A DNA stretch of 58,328 bases, filler included, from Rhizaria sp. SCN 62-66 (Eukaryota): the NCBI GenBank assembly GCA_001724265.1. It is 2 parts of 2 records of this genome, joined end to end, with 100 filler letters (N's around TTAATTAATTAA, not from the genome) between each part and the next. Parts side by side here need not be neighbours in the genome. Positions count along the whole stretch, not along the records: positions 29,326 to 58,328 come from MEDY01000384.1; 1 more part is not named here. One strand, given 5' to 3'. Position numbers and translations under genes: made by a program. Below are positions 33,370-46,622 of the stretch, in pieces (the stretch's first letter is position 1; every line of letters begins with the position of its first letter). Below the pieces are notes generated by a model. It saw only the letters and a program-made list of their open reading frames with translations, did no database searches and was not told the origin of the DNA.

Positions 33370-33909
33370 TGTGCACTTGAGCTCGATGGGGTGTTGCTGA
33401 ACAGAGTGATGTGTTCCAGGAGGTAGAAAGCAGTGAGGGAACGTGTCACCAGCTGTGTAGAAAATAGAAAAATGTTTGAATATAAGCTTTGTTTCATATA
33501 AAATGGTTGCTATAACTGTGCGAGCATGGGTTTTTCCAGGATGGCTTGTGATATCAAAGCATCACTTCCCACCACGAATCACACTTTGGTTGGTGAGCTG
33601 TGGCTGGACAGACAAGCAACATGACTGTCTAGCAAAACTAGTTGACTCAACCTACGTGGGATCTGATCAAAAGGAGAATGCAACTTTTCTGTCCCCAATG
33701 ACAACAACGTATAATTCACTGCTGTTTTAGAAAAATGTGGACACTTGTTTGTAAAATGTAGTACACTCGTCTGCTGTTTTCATTGGTCCCAACCACTGCG
33801 AACGGTCACCTTCACGTTCATACCTCACACAGTCCTACTATGTTGCTTTTTTTAATTGCAGCAAACCCAGCAGGAAACAAGCGCACGTGGGGAGACTACA
33901 GTTGCCCCC

Positions 33910-35521
33910 ATGGACCCTTCACTCGCCGCGTTCGCGCTGTTCCACCGCGTCATGGCAAAGACGATGTCCGAAGTCACTCTCTCGTCCATAGACCCTTCAC
34001 AAGTCGCGATCATGCGCAAGGTATGTTCCCATTCCCCGATCAAATCAACACCAAATACATGTTGCATATGGGGATGTGTTTTGTCTCTCACTTTCACACC
34101 GTATCTCGCTTCTTATATTCTCTTTGCAGGACTGGGAGGCCAACATCATCTCGGAAGGCCTGCAGACTAGCATCGACCGCAACCCCGCTGACCCCGCCTC
34201 GGGTCTGCGCCAGCGCCGCGCAGCCTGGGAGGCTGCGCGCGCGCTTGTTGCTGCGAACACGGACCGCTCACAGCCCTTCACGGCGCCCTCGGCGCTCGCC
34301 TCTACGGGCCCCAGCGCCGGCCGCGCCGCGCTCGCGTCGCTGGCCAACTTTTCCGCTGCCCCCTCCTCCTCCTCTTCCTCCTCCTCCTCCTCCTCCTCGT
34401 CGTCGTCATCTACCTTGGCGCTGGTGCCCTCTGGCGCGGGTGCGGGCGACTTGTTCCCGTCGTCTATGTCCTCGTTTCTGCCCGCGCCCGGCGACGCCGG
34501 CTACGGGCACGGTCTCAGCGGTAGCGGCACTAGCTTCGGCAACCCGATGGCGCTCGACGGCGGCAGCGGCGACGGCAACACGGGCTACGGGCTCGGCCTC
34601 GGCCTTGGACTGGGACTCAGCGATGACAGCGCAAGCAGCAGCCACAATAGCAGTGCTGCTCTGTTGCCGACCGGCGCGGTGAGGCGCCCTCTCGAAAGCA
34701 ACGATCATGACGACGACTCGATCACGCAGGCGTCGCAACGCCCGCGCGCCGCGAGCGCCGGCAGCGGTGGCGGCGGCAGCGACGACGCCCTTGTGAGCAT
34801 CGGCGCACGCCCGGTCAAGCCTGAACCCTCAGCCAGTGGCAGCGAGTCGCGGGCGGCGGACGGCGCCCAGGAGAAGGAGGAGGAAGATGAGGAGTGGGAG
34901 AGCGAGCTTGCGGGCAGCGCCGGCGGCCGCGGCGGCAAAGGCGGCGCGAGTGGTCGTGGCGGCGACGGTTACAGCCATAAGAATGGTGCCGGCAGTGGCG
35001 CCTTGCCAGCCTCGGTCGCCACCGCCGGTCTCGCCGACCTCACCGACCTCATGAGCAGCTCCAACAGCAACAGCAACAGCAACACCACTGGCGCTGGCGC
35101 TGGCGGCGAGGCTGCGGCTGCCGCGGCGGCGCCCGGGCTGGCGGGGCTGTGCGACACGGCCTCGGCGTGGGTGGCCGCCCATCCGGCCGAGGCCGCGGAC
35201 GCGTGGGGCGACCGCGAGCTGCTCGACTGCGACGACGACGACGACACGCTCGTCTACTCGCAGTCCGCCGTCGCTGCCGCCGCCGCCGCCGAGGCCGCGG
35301 CCGCCGCGCAGGGCGGGGACCCGCGCGCGGCAGGCGCGGCGGCGGCGCGGGCGGCCGCCCAGGCGCAGTCGACGTGCGTGTCGGTGTTCCAGTCCGTGAT
35401 GGTGCGCGCGAAGACCAACGCCCGCGCGCAGCGCTTCGACATCTCGCTGCGGCTCGGGCTGATGCGCGCCGGCCACGCGGACCTGATCTTTCACTCCGCC
35501 ACCGGTCAGCTCAAGTGGTGA
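33910..35521 (+). CDS. TOA1: Transcription initiation factor IIA large subunit (alpha/beta); exons 33910-34020, 34130-35521
   Basis: N-terminal helices LFHRVMAKTMSEV...IDPSQVAIMRK|DWEANI, long acidic low-complexity linker, C-terminal TCVSVFQSV...RFDISLRLGLMRAGHADLIFHSATGQLKW* matching the TFIIA-beta barrel ending in W. Stop TGA. Confidence 0.82.
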
Positions 35522-36049
35522 GGACCGAATTGACACCCGTTGAATCACGGTGTGTTTTATCTTTATGGTGACGTGAATCGTACGTGACGTGTCATAGGGC
35601 CATGCTACGTACAAACGACAAAGCGAGTGTTGGGCAGTGGACATAGTAAATATATGTGTTTAACACTGCAAATGTGGAATAAACAAAGATGTTACTGAGA
35701 TGTGATATTGTGTGAAAACAGTTCCAGAACTATTTGTCAAGAGAAGTAAAAAAAGAGTGTTGCTAGTGTATATAAGCAGGCACATGGCCTGAGCAAGACA
35801 GCCAGGATTCACGCCTGTCCGTCAGATCGAAACGCTGGCCGTCGCTGCTGCTGCCAAGCGGGATATGTTATATCTGTCTCCCATCGATGTGCATGCGTGG
35901 TCGTTCGCGCCGCGTTTGTTTGGCAGGCCCCGCGTCCGCCGCTGCCCACTTCACAGCGCAGCGCCCGGGGCGTGATGGTATTACGTTAACTCGCCGGGTT
36001 ACATTACTCCGGAGTCGCCTCAAGCCCGCAGTGCGCACTCATCAGTCGC

Positions 36050-39000
36050 TCAGTCTGCCGCGCCGTCCTGGCCCTGCTGCTGTTGCTGCTGCTGCTGCTG
36101 GTCTTGCTGTGCGCCGGTCGCGGGGGCCTGGACGGGGATGTTGACGAAGTCGAAGAACATCGATGACTTCTTCCCCGCGCCGCCCGCCGCGCCGCCACCA
36201 GCTGCGGCGGCGCCCGCGGTCGTGGCCGAGGGCGGGCCGCTGGCTGTCACCGCGGTCGCGCCGTCTGTTACAGCACCGCTGACGCCGCTGACGCCGCTGC
36301 TGGTGACGTGGGGCGTGGTGGGCACGCTGCCGGCGGCCGCGCCGGCGCCCGGGGCGGCGACGGGGTGCGGCGCCGCGAGCGTGGCCGCCACACCGGCCAA
36401 CCCAGTTCCGGGCCCGTGGCCGTGGCCGGGGAGGGTGAGAGGGCCGCCGGAGCCGAAGCCGGGCGAGACGAGTCCGCCGCCGAGCCCGCCGCCAAGCGAG
36501 CCCCCTAGGGAACCCCCCAGCGAGCTGAAGGAACCAGTGCCGGCGCCAGCGGCCGCGGGGCCAAATGCGTGGCGCATCGTCGCGGGCCCCAGACCCATCG
36601 CATCGCCCAGCGCGCTCGAGGTGGGGCCCGACGCGCTCGTCAGCACCGACACGCTGCGCCGGCGACCGCCCGCGCCCGCTCCCGCGCCAGCGCCCGCGCC
36701 AGCGCCAGTGCTTGCGCCGGTGCCAGAAGCCGCGCTGGCCGTCTCGGGTGCGGCGGCGCCGTCGGCGACGGCAGAGGCGCTGGCGGGCGCGCCCGAGTAG
36801 AGCAGTCCGCGCGGCGTGAGCGCGCCCCCACTGCCACTGCCACTGCCGCTGGTGCCGCTGCCTGTCTGAGCAGGCGTGCTCGCGTTGCCGGCGGCGGTGG
36901 CGCTGGCGCTGGCCCGAGTCGAGCGCCCAGCGGAGCCGGCCCGCAGCGCCTGCGCCGTGCTGAGCGGCGTCCGCGCTCCGGTCCCGCTCCCGGCCGCCGC
37001 CGCAGCCGCGGCTGCTGCTGCGGCAGCGGAGAGCCCCGCGGAAGAGGCGAGGTGCGGGGACCCGGCGCGGGATCCGGCTCTAGAGGCGCCGCCAAACAGA
37101 GCCACTGCGGGGGCGCTCGGGACCGCGCCCAGCCCCGCGCCGCTGCCGCTGCCGCTGCCGCCGCTGTTGCTGGAGGACGACGACGAGGATGAGGACGAGG
37201 ACGAGGTGGAAGACGCAGTGACGGCGGCGGCGGGCGTGGGGAAAGAGAAGCGCGACGGCGTGCCGACCGACGCGGGCCCCACGGAGAGCGGGCCGCCGCC
37301 GAGGCTGCCGCCGAGCCCCGCGACGCCGGGCGTGGCCGTCGTAGTCGCCATAACGGGCAGCGGCACGCGCGCCGAGTCGGGACCCTGGTGTAGGTCGGGG
37401 AAGGCGAAGAGCTGCGGCAGCACGTAGCGGCCCTCGCGGCCCTGCGTGTCGACCTGCAGCCCCGACGTGGGCGCCGCGGCGCCGCTCCCGCGGACTGCGG
37501 CGGCCGCGGCCGCGGCGGCCGAGGACGTCGCAGAGGCCAGCAGCGACGCCGCCGCGCTCGCAGTGCCGGCGGACGAGGACGCGGATGAGGACGATGCGGG
37601 TGTCGCAGCAGAGCCGGAGCCCGCGGAGCCGGCACTGCCTGGCGCGGCGGGCGCGGCGCCGAGGCTAAGCCGCGTGACACGGGCCGCGGGGGACGCGCCC
37701 TCCCGGTCAACAGTGGAACCCGTGGGAGTGAGCCCGTGGCCCAGCCCCACGCCAACGCCGTGGACGCCGTGCGCCGCGTGGCCGTGCGAGCCGGGCGTGA
37801 GCGCGCCCGCGGAGACGTTGATGGCTGAGCTGCCGCTGGCCGTGAAGCCCAGGGAGGTGATGCTGCGGCGGCGCGTGCCCAGGCCCAGCCCCGCGGCGGC
37901 CGCGGCGGCCACGGCGGCGGCGGACCCCGTGACCGTGCCCGGCGCCGACGGCGGGTTGGACCCGCTCTGTGACCCGGAGCCCACGCCACCGACGCCGACG
38001 CCGACGCTGCCGGAGCCGGAGCCGGGCCCGCCGGGCGTCCCCAGCGCTGAGGCCACGGAGCGCGGATGCCCGTGGGCGCCGACGGGGCCCGGGGACGCGG
38101 CGCCGGCGCCCGCGCGGCCCGCGGCCGCGGCCGCGGCCGAGGCGGGGGACGCGATGCCGCTCATAGAGCCTATGGCGCCCATAAGGTAGCCCGCGGAGGT
38201 CGGCGCCGCGCCTGCCCCGCCGCCGCGCGCCGAGGAGGTCGCCGACGACGACGCCGAGGACGACGCAGACGAGGCCGAGGCCGGAAGCGCGCCGGCGCCA
38301 CCACGGTGCGGGCGCGGCGACGGGCCCGGCGAGATGAGCGGCCCGCCCAGCACGCCGCCGACGCCGCCGACGCTGAGGCGGCTGCCGCGCGCGCCACCGG
38401 TGGCCGACGCCGCGGCCGCGGCCGCAGCGGCCGCCGATGCCGCGGCCCCTCCGGCGGCGCCCATGCCGAGCGCGGCGGAAAAGGAGCTCATGGCGCCGTG
38501 CGGCGTGTTGACTCCCAGCCCGACCCCGTGGCCGACGCCGTGGCCGTGGCCATGGACGTGCGGCGTGGTCGCCGCGGGCGCGCCCGAGCCCGCACCGGCG
38601 CCGGGCCCCGCGGCGGCGCCGCCCGCGTTGGGGCCGGGACTGTGGAGCGCGGAGCCGGGGCCCGAGATGAGGCCGTGGCGCAGGTGGTGCGGCAGCCGCG
38701 ACTGCGCAGACTGCAGCCCCATCGCGCCGACCCCGGAGCCCGCGCCCGCGGAGCCGGGGCCGCCGGCGCTGCTGACCGTGCTGGCGTTGAGCCCGCGCGG
38801 GGAAGCCATGACGTCGTCCAGGTCGCCCTCGACCTCGATGCCTCCGTCGCTGTCCTCATCGCCGTCGCCGCCGCCACCGCCGCCGCCCACGCCCGCGCCG
38901 CCGTCGACGCGCAGCGCACGGCCCAGCCGGCCCTTGGCGCCGCCTGCGCCGGCGCGCGCGGCGCCCGCGGCGGCCGAGTGCAGGTGACTGAGATGGCCGC

Positions 39001-41100
39001 CGTGGCCGTGACCGTGGAGGCCCAATGCAAGCCCGGGGCTGCCCGCGCCGCCGGCGCCGCCGCCCGCGCCGGCGCCCTGCGGCGAGGCCACCAGGTAGCC
39101 GCGCGCGAAGTTGCCCGGCGCGGGGCCCGTGGGCGTGGGCGCGGACAGCGGGTCGAAACCCAGGCCCAGCCCGAGCCCCAGTCCGTGACCGTGCCCGTGG
39201 CCGTGGCCGTGGCCGTGGCCGTGGCCGTGCAGCAGGTGGTGATCGCCGTCGCCCGCGGCCTGCGCGGCAGCCTGCGCGGCCATCACGGCCGCCGCGGCGG
39301 GGGACATGCCGCTGCCGCTGCCGCCGCCGCCCGCCGCTGCCGCTGCCGCCGCCGCCGCGGCCGCCGCGCTGCGCCGCGCGCCCGCGCCCGAAACTGACGC
39401 GAGCGCGGAGAGCACTGCGGCGGCGGCGGCGGAGCGGCGCGCGCGCTCGATGCTTGAGTGCTCGGAGCCGGGCATGCGCTGTGCGATGACGCGGCCGCGG
39501 CGCGAGACTGTCGACGACAGCGGTGTCGACGCCAGCGCGCCCGAGTCGGCCACCACGGCCGCGCGAGCCGCGCGCAGCAGCGCCTGCGCGTTGGGCGAGG
39601 GCGACAGAAGCGACACGGACGAGGGCGAGACGGCCGAGGGCATCGAGATGCCGCTGTCGTTAAGCGCGGCGATGACCTCGGCCGCCGTGGCCGCGGCCGC
39701 CGCGCCGGGTGGGATGAGCACGCGCGGGCGCTTGCGCTGCTGTGTGATCGCGCTGTCGCCCGCCGCGCCGTGGCCGTGGCTGTGGCCGCCATGGCCGTGT
39801 GTGGATTGTGAGGAGGCGCCGTTGACGCTGCCGCGGCGGGGCGTCGAGGGCGCGGATTGCTGCGCGCGCGCGCCGTATCCGCCACCGCCGCCGCTACTGC
39901 TGCTGCTGTTGTTGTTGTTTCTAGAGCCGGCGCCGTCGTCGTCGTCATCGTCGTCGTCGTCATCATCCCGGCCGCCGCCGTGGCCGCCGCCCTGGCCGCC
40001 GCCGTGGCCGAGCGCGGAGGCGGGCTCCGCTCGGCGCTTCTTGTTGGCCGAGGGCAGGTTAACCTTGACGTGCTTGGTCGTGATCATCTCGCGGCAGTAC
40101 TGGTACAGCGCGTCGTGCTCGAGCGCCTCCTCGTCCTCCGCCGCCGCCGCGGCCGCCGCGGAGGCGCCCGACCCGCGGCGGCCCTTCTTAGTCCCCGCCG
40201 CGGCGCCCGCGCCCGCGCCCGCGGCCCCGCCCGCGGCGCCGCCTTTGCCGTCAATCTGGCGCGCCACGCGGCGCATCGTCGAGTTCCAGCGGTTCTTGAT
40301 GGCGTTGTCGGTGCGGCCCGGGAGCAATTTGGCGATCTCGCTCCAGCGCGAGCCCAGCTCCTTGTGCGCGCGGATGATCTGCTCGTCCTCGGCCGCCGTC
40401 CACGTCTCCTTCACGATTGCGGGGTTCAGGTGGTTGTGCCAGCGCTCGCGGCACTGCTTGCCCGTGCGCCCGGGCAGATGCCCGCCCACCGCGGACCAGC
40501 GCTTGGTGCCGAACTGTGCGCGCGCGAGGGGGGGGCAGGGTCGCAAACGGGGAGGCAGGGGATGCAGAAAGAAATAAAATGCAATAAAAATATCGGAGTG
40601 GGTGAATAAAATATGCATATCAAATATATTTACATTATAGCGCGCGGATTTGTCACGTTTTTGCATGAGCTGCGTACCTTTGCGACAAGCTCGCGGACCT
40701 TTTGGTCCTCCCACGCGACCCACGCGCGGCGGTCGTCCTTCTCGTCCTCGTCGTTCTCGCTCTCTTCCTCCTCCTCAGAGCCCTCCGCGGCGGCGCCCGC
40801 CGCGCCGCTTGCAGCGGGGACCGCGGCGGACGGCAGCACCAGCGCGCGCGGGCCCGCGGCGGTCGCGGCGGCTGCGGCCGCGACGGCAGCGGCGGCTGCG
40901 GCGGCCACGACGGCGCTCGGCAGGGCTGCGCTGCTGCCGCGGCTCGGCGTGCCCTCGGCAGCCTTCGCGCGCGCGTACGCAGCCACGGTGTTGGCGCCGC
41001 GCCCCCTGGTGGGCGCGGCGGAAGAGTCTGTCGTCGCGTTGTCGGACCCAGCGGAGCCAGACGTGGCCGCCGCGTTGGGGCCTGTCTTGCCCGAGTCCAT
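36050..41100 (-). CDS. R2R3 MYB transcription factor with very long low-complexity C-terminus; exons 41100-40678, 40513-36050
   Basis: Spliced repeat [49 protein letters not shown], then [47 protein letters not shown]. Phase-0 GT-AG intron 40677-40514. Stop TGA. Confidence 0.93.
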
Positions 41101-42154
41101 CAGGCGACTGGGGCGGCAAGAGCGCAAGATGAGGCACAAGGGAGAACACAAAGAGAAATGGTAAGTTGATGATCACTGGGAAGGAAGCATGGGTCCGAAG
41201 ACGCGTGGATGACACTGTTGAAGAGCTGTACGTCGATGGCACGATTCTGAAAGTGCACGACCTCAAAGTCGTTACGAACAAGTATGGTTCTCCATATGGG
41301 GATCGTCAATGTGGCTGAGAATAATACATCCAAATACAATCATATAAATTTACTCTTAAGTTTAAACTAAGAGCTTCCATGCATCGTCTGCGGTGCGTAT
41401 GGCTTCGTTGAAGATCGACCTCGTGTCATTGTCCTTGAATCTCACACAGTTCGGTGCTCACAGTCATTTGATCGACAAGATTTGAATCATTTGCATGCAG
41501 TTTAGGGTCGACATCGCAGTCTTTTAATGGTGCCTATTTCGAATTAGTATTTTATTACGAAACTTTGACTTATAAATTGATTGATATTTAGGTATTTTGA
41601 TGTTTTTTGCACTCGAATTCTCTTTTTTTGAAAAACCGCGTTTCTGCACGAAGCGCGATTTTTTGAACTTACGAGCACAAAGCGCGTGTGATGTGTGTTA
41701 AAAAAGAACGAAAGCGAACGCGTCAACGTGAGCACACGCGCACACGAGAATTTAATGTGTGTGTGTGCGCGTGCGAGTTCACGCGGACGAAGAAACGAGA
41801 CGGGTGACAGCGTTAAACGCAGTTAAATAAAGGCGCCCCGTCTTTTCTCATTCTGTTCTCGTTCTATCTCTTGAGTCAGCACGCCTTACATACTCCTGCC
41901 CCCCAGCCGCGCCCTGTCCCGTAGAGAGACAAAGTGCGGGCTGACCCGGCGCCTGTGGGCGTGTGCGAGCGCCCCCGGCGTCGTCCGCTGCTGCAGCAAC
42001 AAAGCAAGTGTTTCCCGCCCTGCCGTCAGCCTGCGTGCGTCAGCGCAAGTTGTCGTTGACGCGATAGCTGACTGGCGGGCAGATCGACAGACTCGGAGCG
42101 CGCATCCTGACGTACTGTGAGTGTGACCGTGAGAGAGTGGCTGCTGCCGATCGC

Positions 42155-43221
42155 TTAGCAGGTGTTCTTCTCGAGCTGCATCTTCTTGATGTTGGCGATG
42201 GCCTGGGCGGGGTTCAGGCCCTTGGGGCACACGGCCGTGCAGTTGAAGATGGTCTTGCAGCGGTACAGCTTCCAGTGGTCGTTGAGGAACTCGAGGCGCT
42301 CGGCGCGCTTCGAGTCGCGCGAGTCGATGATCCAGCGGTAGGCCTGGAGCAGCACGGCGGGGCCGAGGTACTTATCGCCGTTCCACCAGTACGAGGGGCA
42401 CGACGTCTGGCAGCACGCGCACAGAATGCACTCGTAGAGGCCATCGAGCAGCGCGCGATCCTCCTTGGTCTGGAGGTACTCGCGCTCGCCGGCCTGCTTG
42501 GGCTTGGCCTGCAGGTAGGGCTTGATGGACGAATACTGCTTGTAGAAGCGCGTGAGGTCGGGGACGAGGTCCTTGACGACGGGCATGTGGGGGAGCGGGT
42601 AGATCGTCACGGGCTTGCCGTCCTCGTCGGGAATGCGGCACAGGCACGCGAGCGTGTTGCGGCCGTTGATGTTCATGGCGCAGGAGCCGCAGATACCCTC
42701 GCGGCACGAGCGGCGGAAGGTCACGGTAGAGTCCTGCTCGTCCTTGATCTTGATAAGAGCGTCAAGGATCATGGGGCCGCACTCCTTGGTGTTGATCTCG
42801 TAGGTCTGGAGCATGGGGGTGGGCATGGTCTCGGGGTCATAGCTGCGCAAGGGAGATAGCGAAATGACGTCAAGTGCAAAAAGAACAGCGCAGTGCGGCA
42901 GAGAGAAAAGCAGGGAGGCGGGATGTGAGTCGAAAGTGATTAGTATGTTCAAAGCGATGGTTCGCGGTGGAATCAACGAGTTTAACGCATTCGCCACTGT
43001 TATAGCAGATGATTACTTGTGGTTTTACTTCTACCAGACGTAATGCATCAGAGGACGTTGCGGGGCCGTCATGTAGATAGCAAAACAAACGAGGTTGAAC
43101 GGGAGCAAGAAGCGTACCGGTAAAGCTTGAACGCGCGGGTGCTGGCCGCACGGATAGGGGCAGCAGCACCCACGGTCTTGGAGACCTTGGACACAACACG
43201 ACACAGAGAGCTCTTGTTCAT
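42155..43221 (-). CDS. SDHB: Succinate dehydrogenase iron-sulfur subunit, mitochondrial; exons 43221-43118, 42842-42155
   Basis: Basic Ser/Arg presequence, [71 protein letters not shown]. Phase-2 GT-AG intron. Stop TAA. Confidence 0.98.
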
Positions 43222-44498
43222 CGCGCTAGATAAAAGAGCAACGGAAGCCGGCAGAAAGCACAACGAAGCACGGAAAGGCAGGAGGCGGTGAGGCATGGTT
43301 GGCGAGGCCGAGCAAGTTAGAGTCACGTCAGACAGATTTGTGGGACTCAACAGCAGGTAGAGAAAATGTAAAAGGATGTTTGCGTGGAAATAACACCACT
43401 CAATTGGAAGAGTTAATAAATTCGCAAGAATCGTGCGTGTGCACAACGATCAGATCACTTTTGTTGTATCGGCCACCTCTGAGTACTTTAAAGTCTAGCC
43501 GCGAGCAGGCCCACAGTCACCCTCTCAGTCTAACCCTCCGAATTCCACACCATTACAACCGACATCACTCGATTAGCATCAACATCTGGGCTTGATATTG
43601 TATTATTTTCACTATTGTGGATTTTTCTATACTACTGTTTATTTATACACCTTGTGGTGCCCATGTACCTCTTTAATGCCCCTCGACGACAGCTGAGTCA
43701 ACGCCAGCCGACTCTTGTAATCATAGATCCGGATGAATTTGGTCGAGTTATTCGTTGATCTGTGAGATCTATGGTCAATTCTGCGTTTTTGTTGCCTTTT
43801 TGTACCAGGCATATCTGTTTTTGTGCTGCAAGCCCTTGATCGCGTTACGGTGAGTGTCGGTGTGTTAAGTCGCTGTTTTGTGCCATGTTAATGATCCCCA
43901 ATGTTTGCGGGATCGTAGACGGCATTGATGGATGATATCAGGACTGTTGCATCACTTGGGTGTTGAGAGAGGCATGATTTCTGTCGATTTACTACTTGTT
44001 TGTCTATGAACATCCTTTAGCTTCTCTAAGCACTTGCCTAGGTTGCTCTCTTGCGCGAGCTCTCTGTTTGCTGTTTGCTACTTTAGGATGCAAGCTGGCC
44101 TATATGGCACTTCTGTTTATTATTTTAGCCTTGTATTGTATGTGTAATACTATTCTATTATGGGGCTTGGTTTGCGGCCTATCACTGCTTATTAACAGTC
44201 CGCATGACCATGGATACTTTACGCAAATGAACCCTCAACTCGAGAACGAATACGAATAAAGTGAGTGTATACAAGACCAATGACTGCAATTTCAAAATTA
44301 GATGTGATATAGTCAATGTGATAGATACTATCGCGTCTGCATTGTCGCAATATCTCCATAGGTTACACATTCCACGTCATATGTCACGCTTTTAGATCTC
44401 CTTTGAAGAGTGGTCATCTTACACTCTCGGTGCTCAACCCATGTTCGTATTCCTTGCACAGCTATTATCTCGCCACTGGCATCGTCAAATAAGAATCA

Positions 44499-46353
44499 AT
44501 GGGTACTCGGTGGTACGTAGCTACATGTTCTGTATGAACTTCTTTTTGTAACTCTCAAATCCTAATATATCTTCATTAATCCTTCTCACCGATCTTAACA
44601 TATCGCCCTCGTTTCCCGACCGCTCAGTCTCTGGCACTGGAATGTGCCCGCCAAGTCTTCCCTCGAGGCCGAGACGAAGCGGCTGCACCACCACCTGACT
44701 TCTTCCTTGGGCGCGATTGACCTGATTGCCGCGGCGGCGTCGTCCTCGCCGTCGACGGACGCGGCTGTGCTGGCGGACCTGGTGCGCAATGTGCTGGGCA
44801 CGGCGCGTCCCCACGGTGACCGCGCGACCGCGCGCACCGACAGCGCCAGCGCGCCCGCGGGCTCGCCCGCCGTCCGCGGACCCTTTGCCGCCGCGTCCCC
44901 CGCCGCGGGCCCCGGCTCCGCGCCCGGCTCGGCCTTCGTCGGCGCGGCGGGCACCCCCGCTGCCGCTGCTGGCGGCGGCGGCGGTGGCGGTGGGCCGGGG
45001 TCGAGCTCGAGCGTGGTGCCGCTGGCGCTGACGCCCACCGTGATGGCCGTGCTCGAGATGTACTCGCACCCTACGCCCACGCCCTCCGGCACCGGCGGCG
45101 GCGGCGGCACGGCTGCGCAGACCGCGGCGCAGCAGGCCAAAGCGGGCGCGGCCGCGGTGGCGAGCGCCGAGACGGTGGCCGCGGAGGCCGGCACGCTAAC
45201 GGCGACGGCGACGGTCGACCCCTCAGTTTTCTTCCGCGTTTCCTTCGCACACGCCCCCGAGCGCACCTTCATTGTCACCCCGCACTGTCCCATCCCGACC
45301 CCGCCGCATCACGCCGCCGGCGCGGGCGCTGCGGCGGCCGTCGCGTACGGGCGCGACGTGCTGGAGACGTCGCCCGACGCGCTCTCACTGCTGTTCCGCC
45401 TGCGCGTGCCGACGCTGCGCCGCGCCGAGCCGCTGCGTCTGCTCGCCGCGCTGGCGTTGGGCGATGTCGTCGTGCGAGTGGCGGGGCGCGACGCCGACGC
45501 TGCGGGCGCCGCGGGCCGCGCGGGCGCCGCGCTCCTGCTCGACGTCGAGCTGCTCCACTGCGCGGACGTGTTCGTCGACCCTCGCTGCTGGGACGCGCTC
45601 TTCTCGCTGCTCGTCCCCGCCGCGGCCGCCATGACCGTCACCGAGGCCAACACGCGCTTTTCGCCCTCGCTCCACCCCGAGGCACCGCACGTCGCCGCCG
45701 CGCTCGCCGCAGCGGCCGCGGGCGCGCGCGGCGGCGCGGGCGCCACGGCCTGGGCGGGCGGCATGGCGGCGCGCGCGGCCGTGTCCGCCGCGCTGGCCGC
45801 GCCCGCCGCCACAGCCCTGCTCGGGCTCGCAGCGCTGCCCCCCGGCGTCCCCGGCGCCGCCGCCCCCGCCGCCATGGGCGCTGTCGCCACGCTGGCGTGC
45901 CCGGAGCCCGCGGCGGGCGAGAGCGGGCTGGCCACCGGGGAGGGCGCGCCCGGCGCAGCGCTGCCCGGCGCGGCGAGCGGGTTAGGCGACGGTTTCTACG
46001 ACTGGGCCGTCGTTGCCGCGTCCCCGCTGGGCGTGGAGCTCCCCGAGCACGAGGCCGCCGCCGCGGCGGCTGTGGACGCCGACGGCACAGTGTACGGTGC
46101 AGCGGTGCAGAGCGGGGCCGTCGCGGTGGGCACGCTTGCCAGCGGCGACAACGGGCTGCCCGCGGACGGGGGCGCAGTCGCGCTGCCGCTGGCCACTGTA
46201 AGCGCTGGCGCTGGCGCTGGTGCGGGTGCTGGTCCGGTACGCGTTACCCGCGTGTCCCCGGGCGGCTTCGCGTTCGGCGCCTGGGGGCTGGGGCAGCATT
46301 ACTCGCCCGCGCACACTGCGCTGCAGTACGTCCAGCTCATGCTGCACCTGTGA
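44499..46353 (+). CDS. MED20: Mediator complex subunit 20; exons 44499-44512, 44628-46353
   Basis: A 14-nt coding first exon splices in frame to give MGTRCLWHWNVP. LALGDVVVRVAG...LLLDVELL and C-terminal FGAWGLGQHYSPAHTALQYVQLMLHL resemble plant-type Med20 motifs. Large Ala-rich inserts. Stop TGA. Confidence 0.75.
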
Positions 46354-46622
46354 GTACCCATGATCACACGTGGGTACGTATTACCTGGATTATACGAACA
46401 AGGTCCAACGCTAAGAGCTGTTCGTGCGATGTGTTGTTCCGTTAATATGCTAGTTAGTTGTGAAGTTTAATAAAAATTATTGTTTGTTTATTTGTTCGAT
46501 AATACGTTGACATCTATGAGTTGAATGATTATTCACACGTTAATTTCAGTGTCATGGCCCCTGGCCCCATACGTTCGCGAATCACTGCACTCTGGCACTC
46601 TGGCACTCACGCAAGCTGGAGC

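Noticed and set aside
42014-42079. IRE or SECIS element near SDHB
   Set aside because: No CAGUGN loop or AUGA/GA core, and SDHB has no in-frame TGA.
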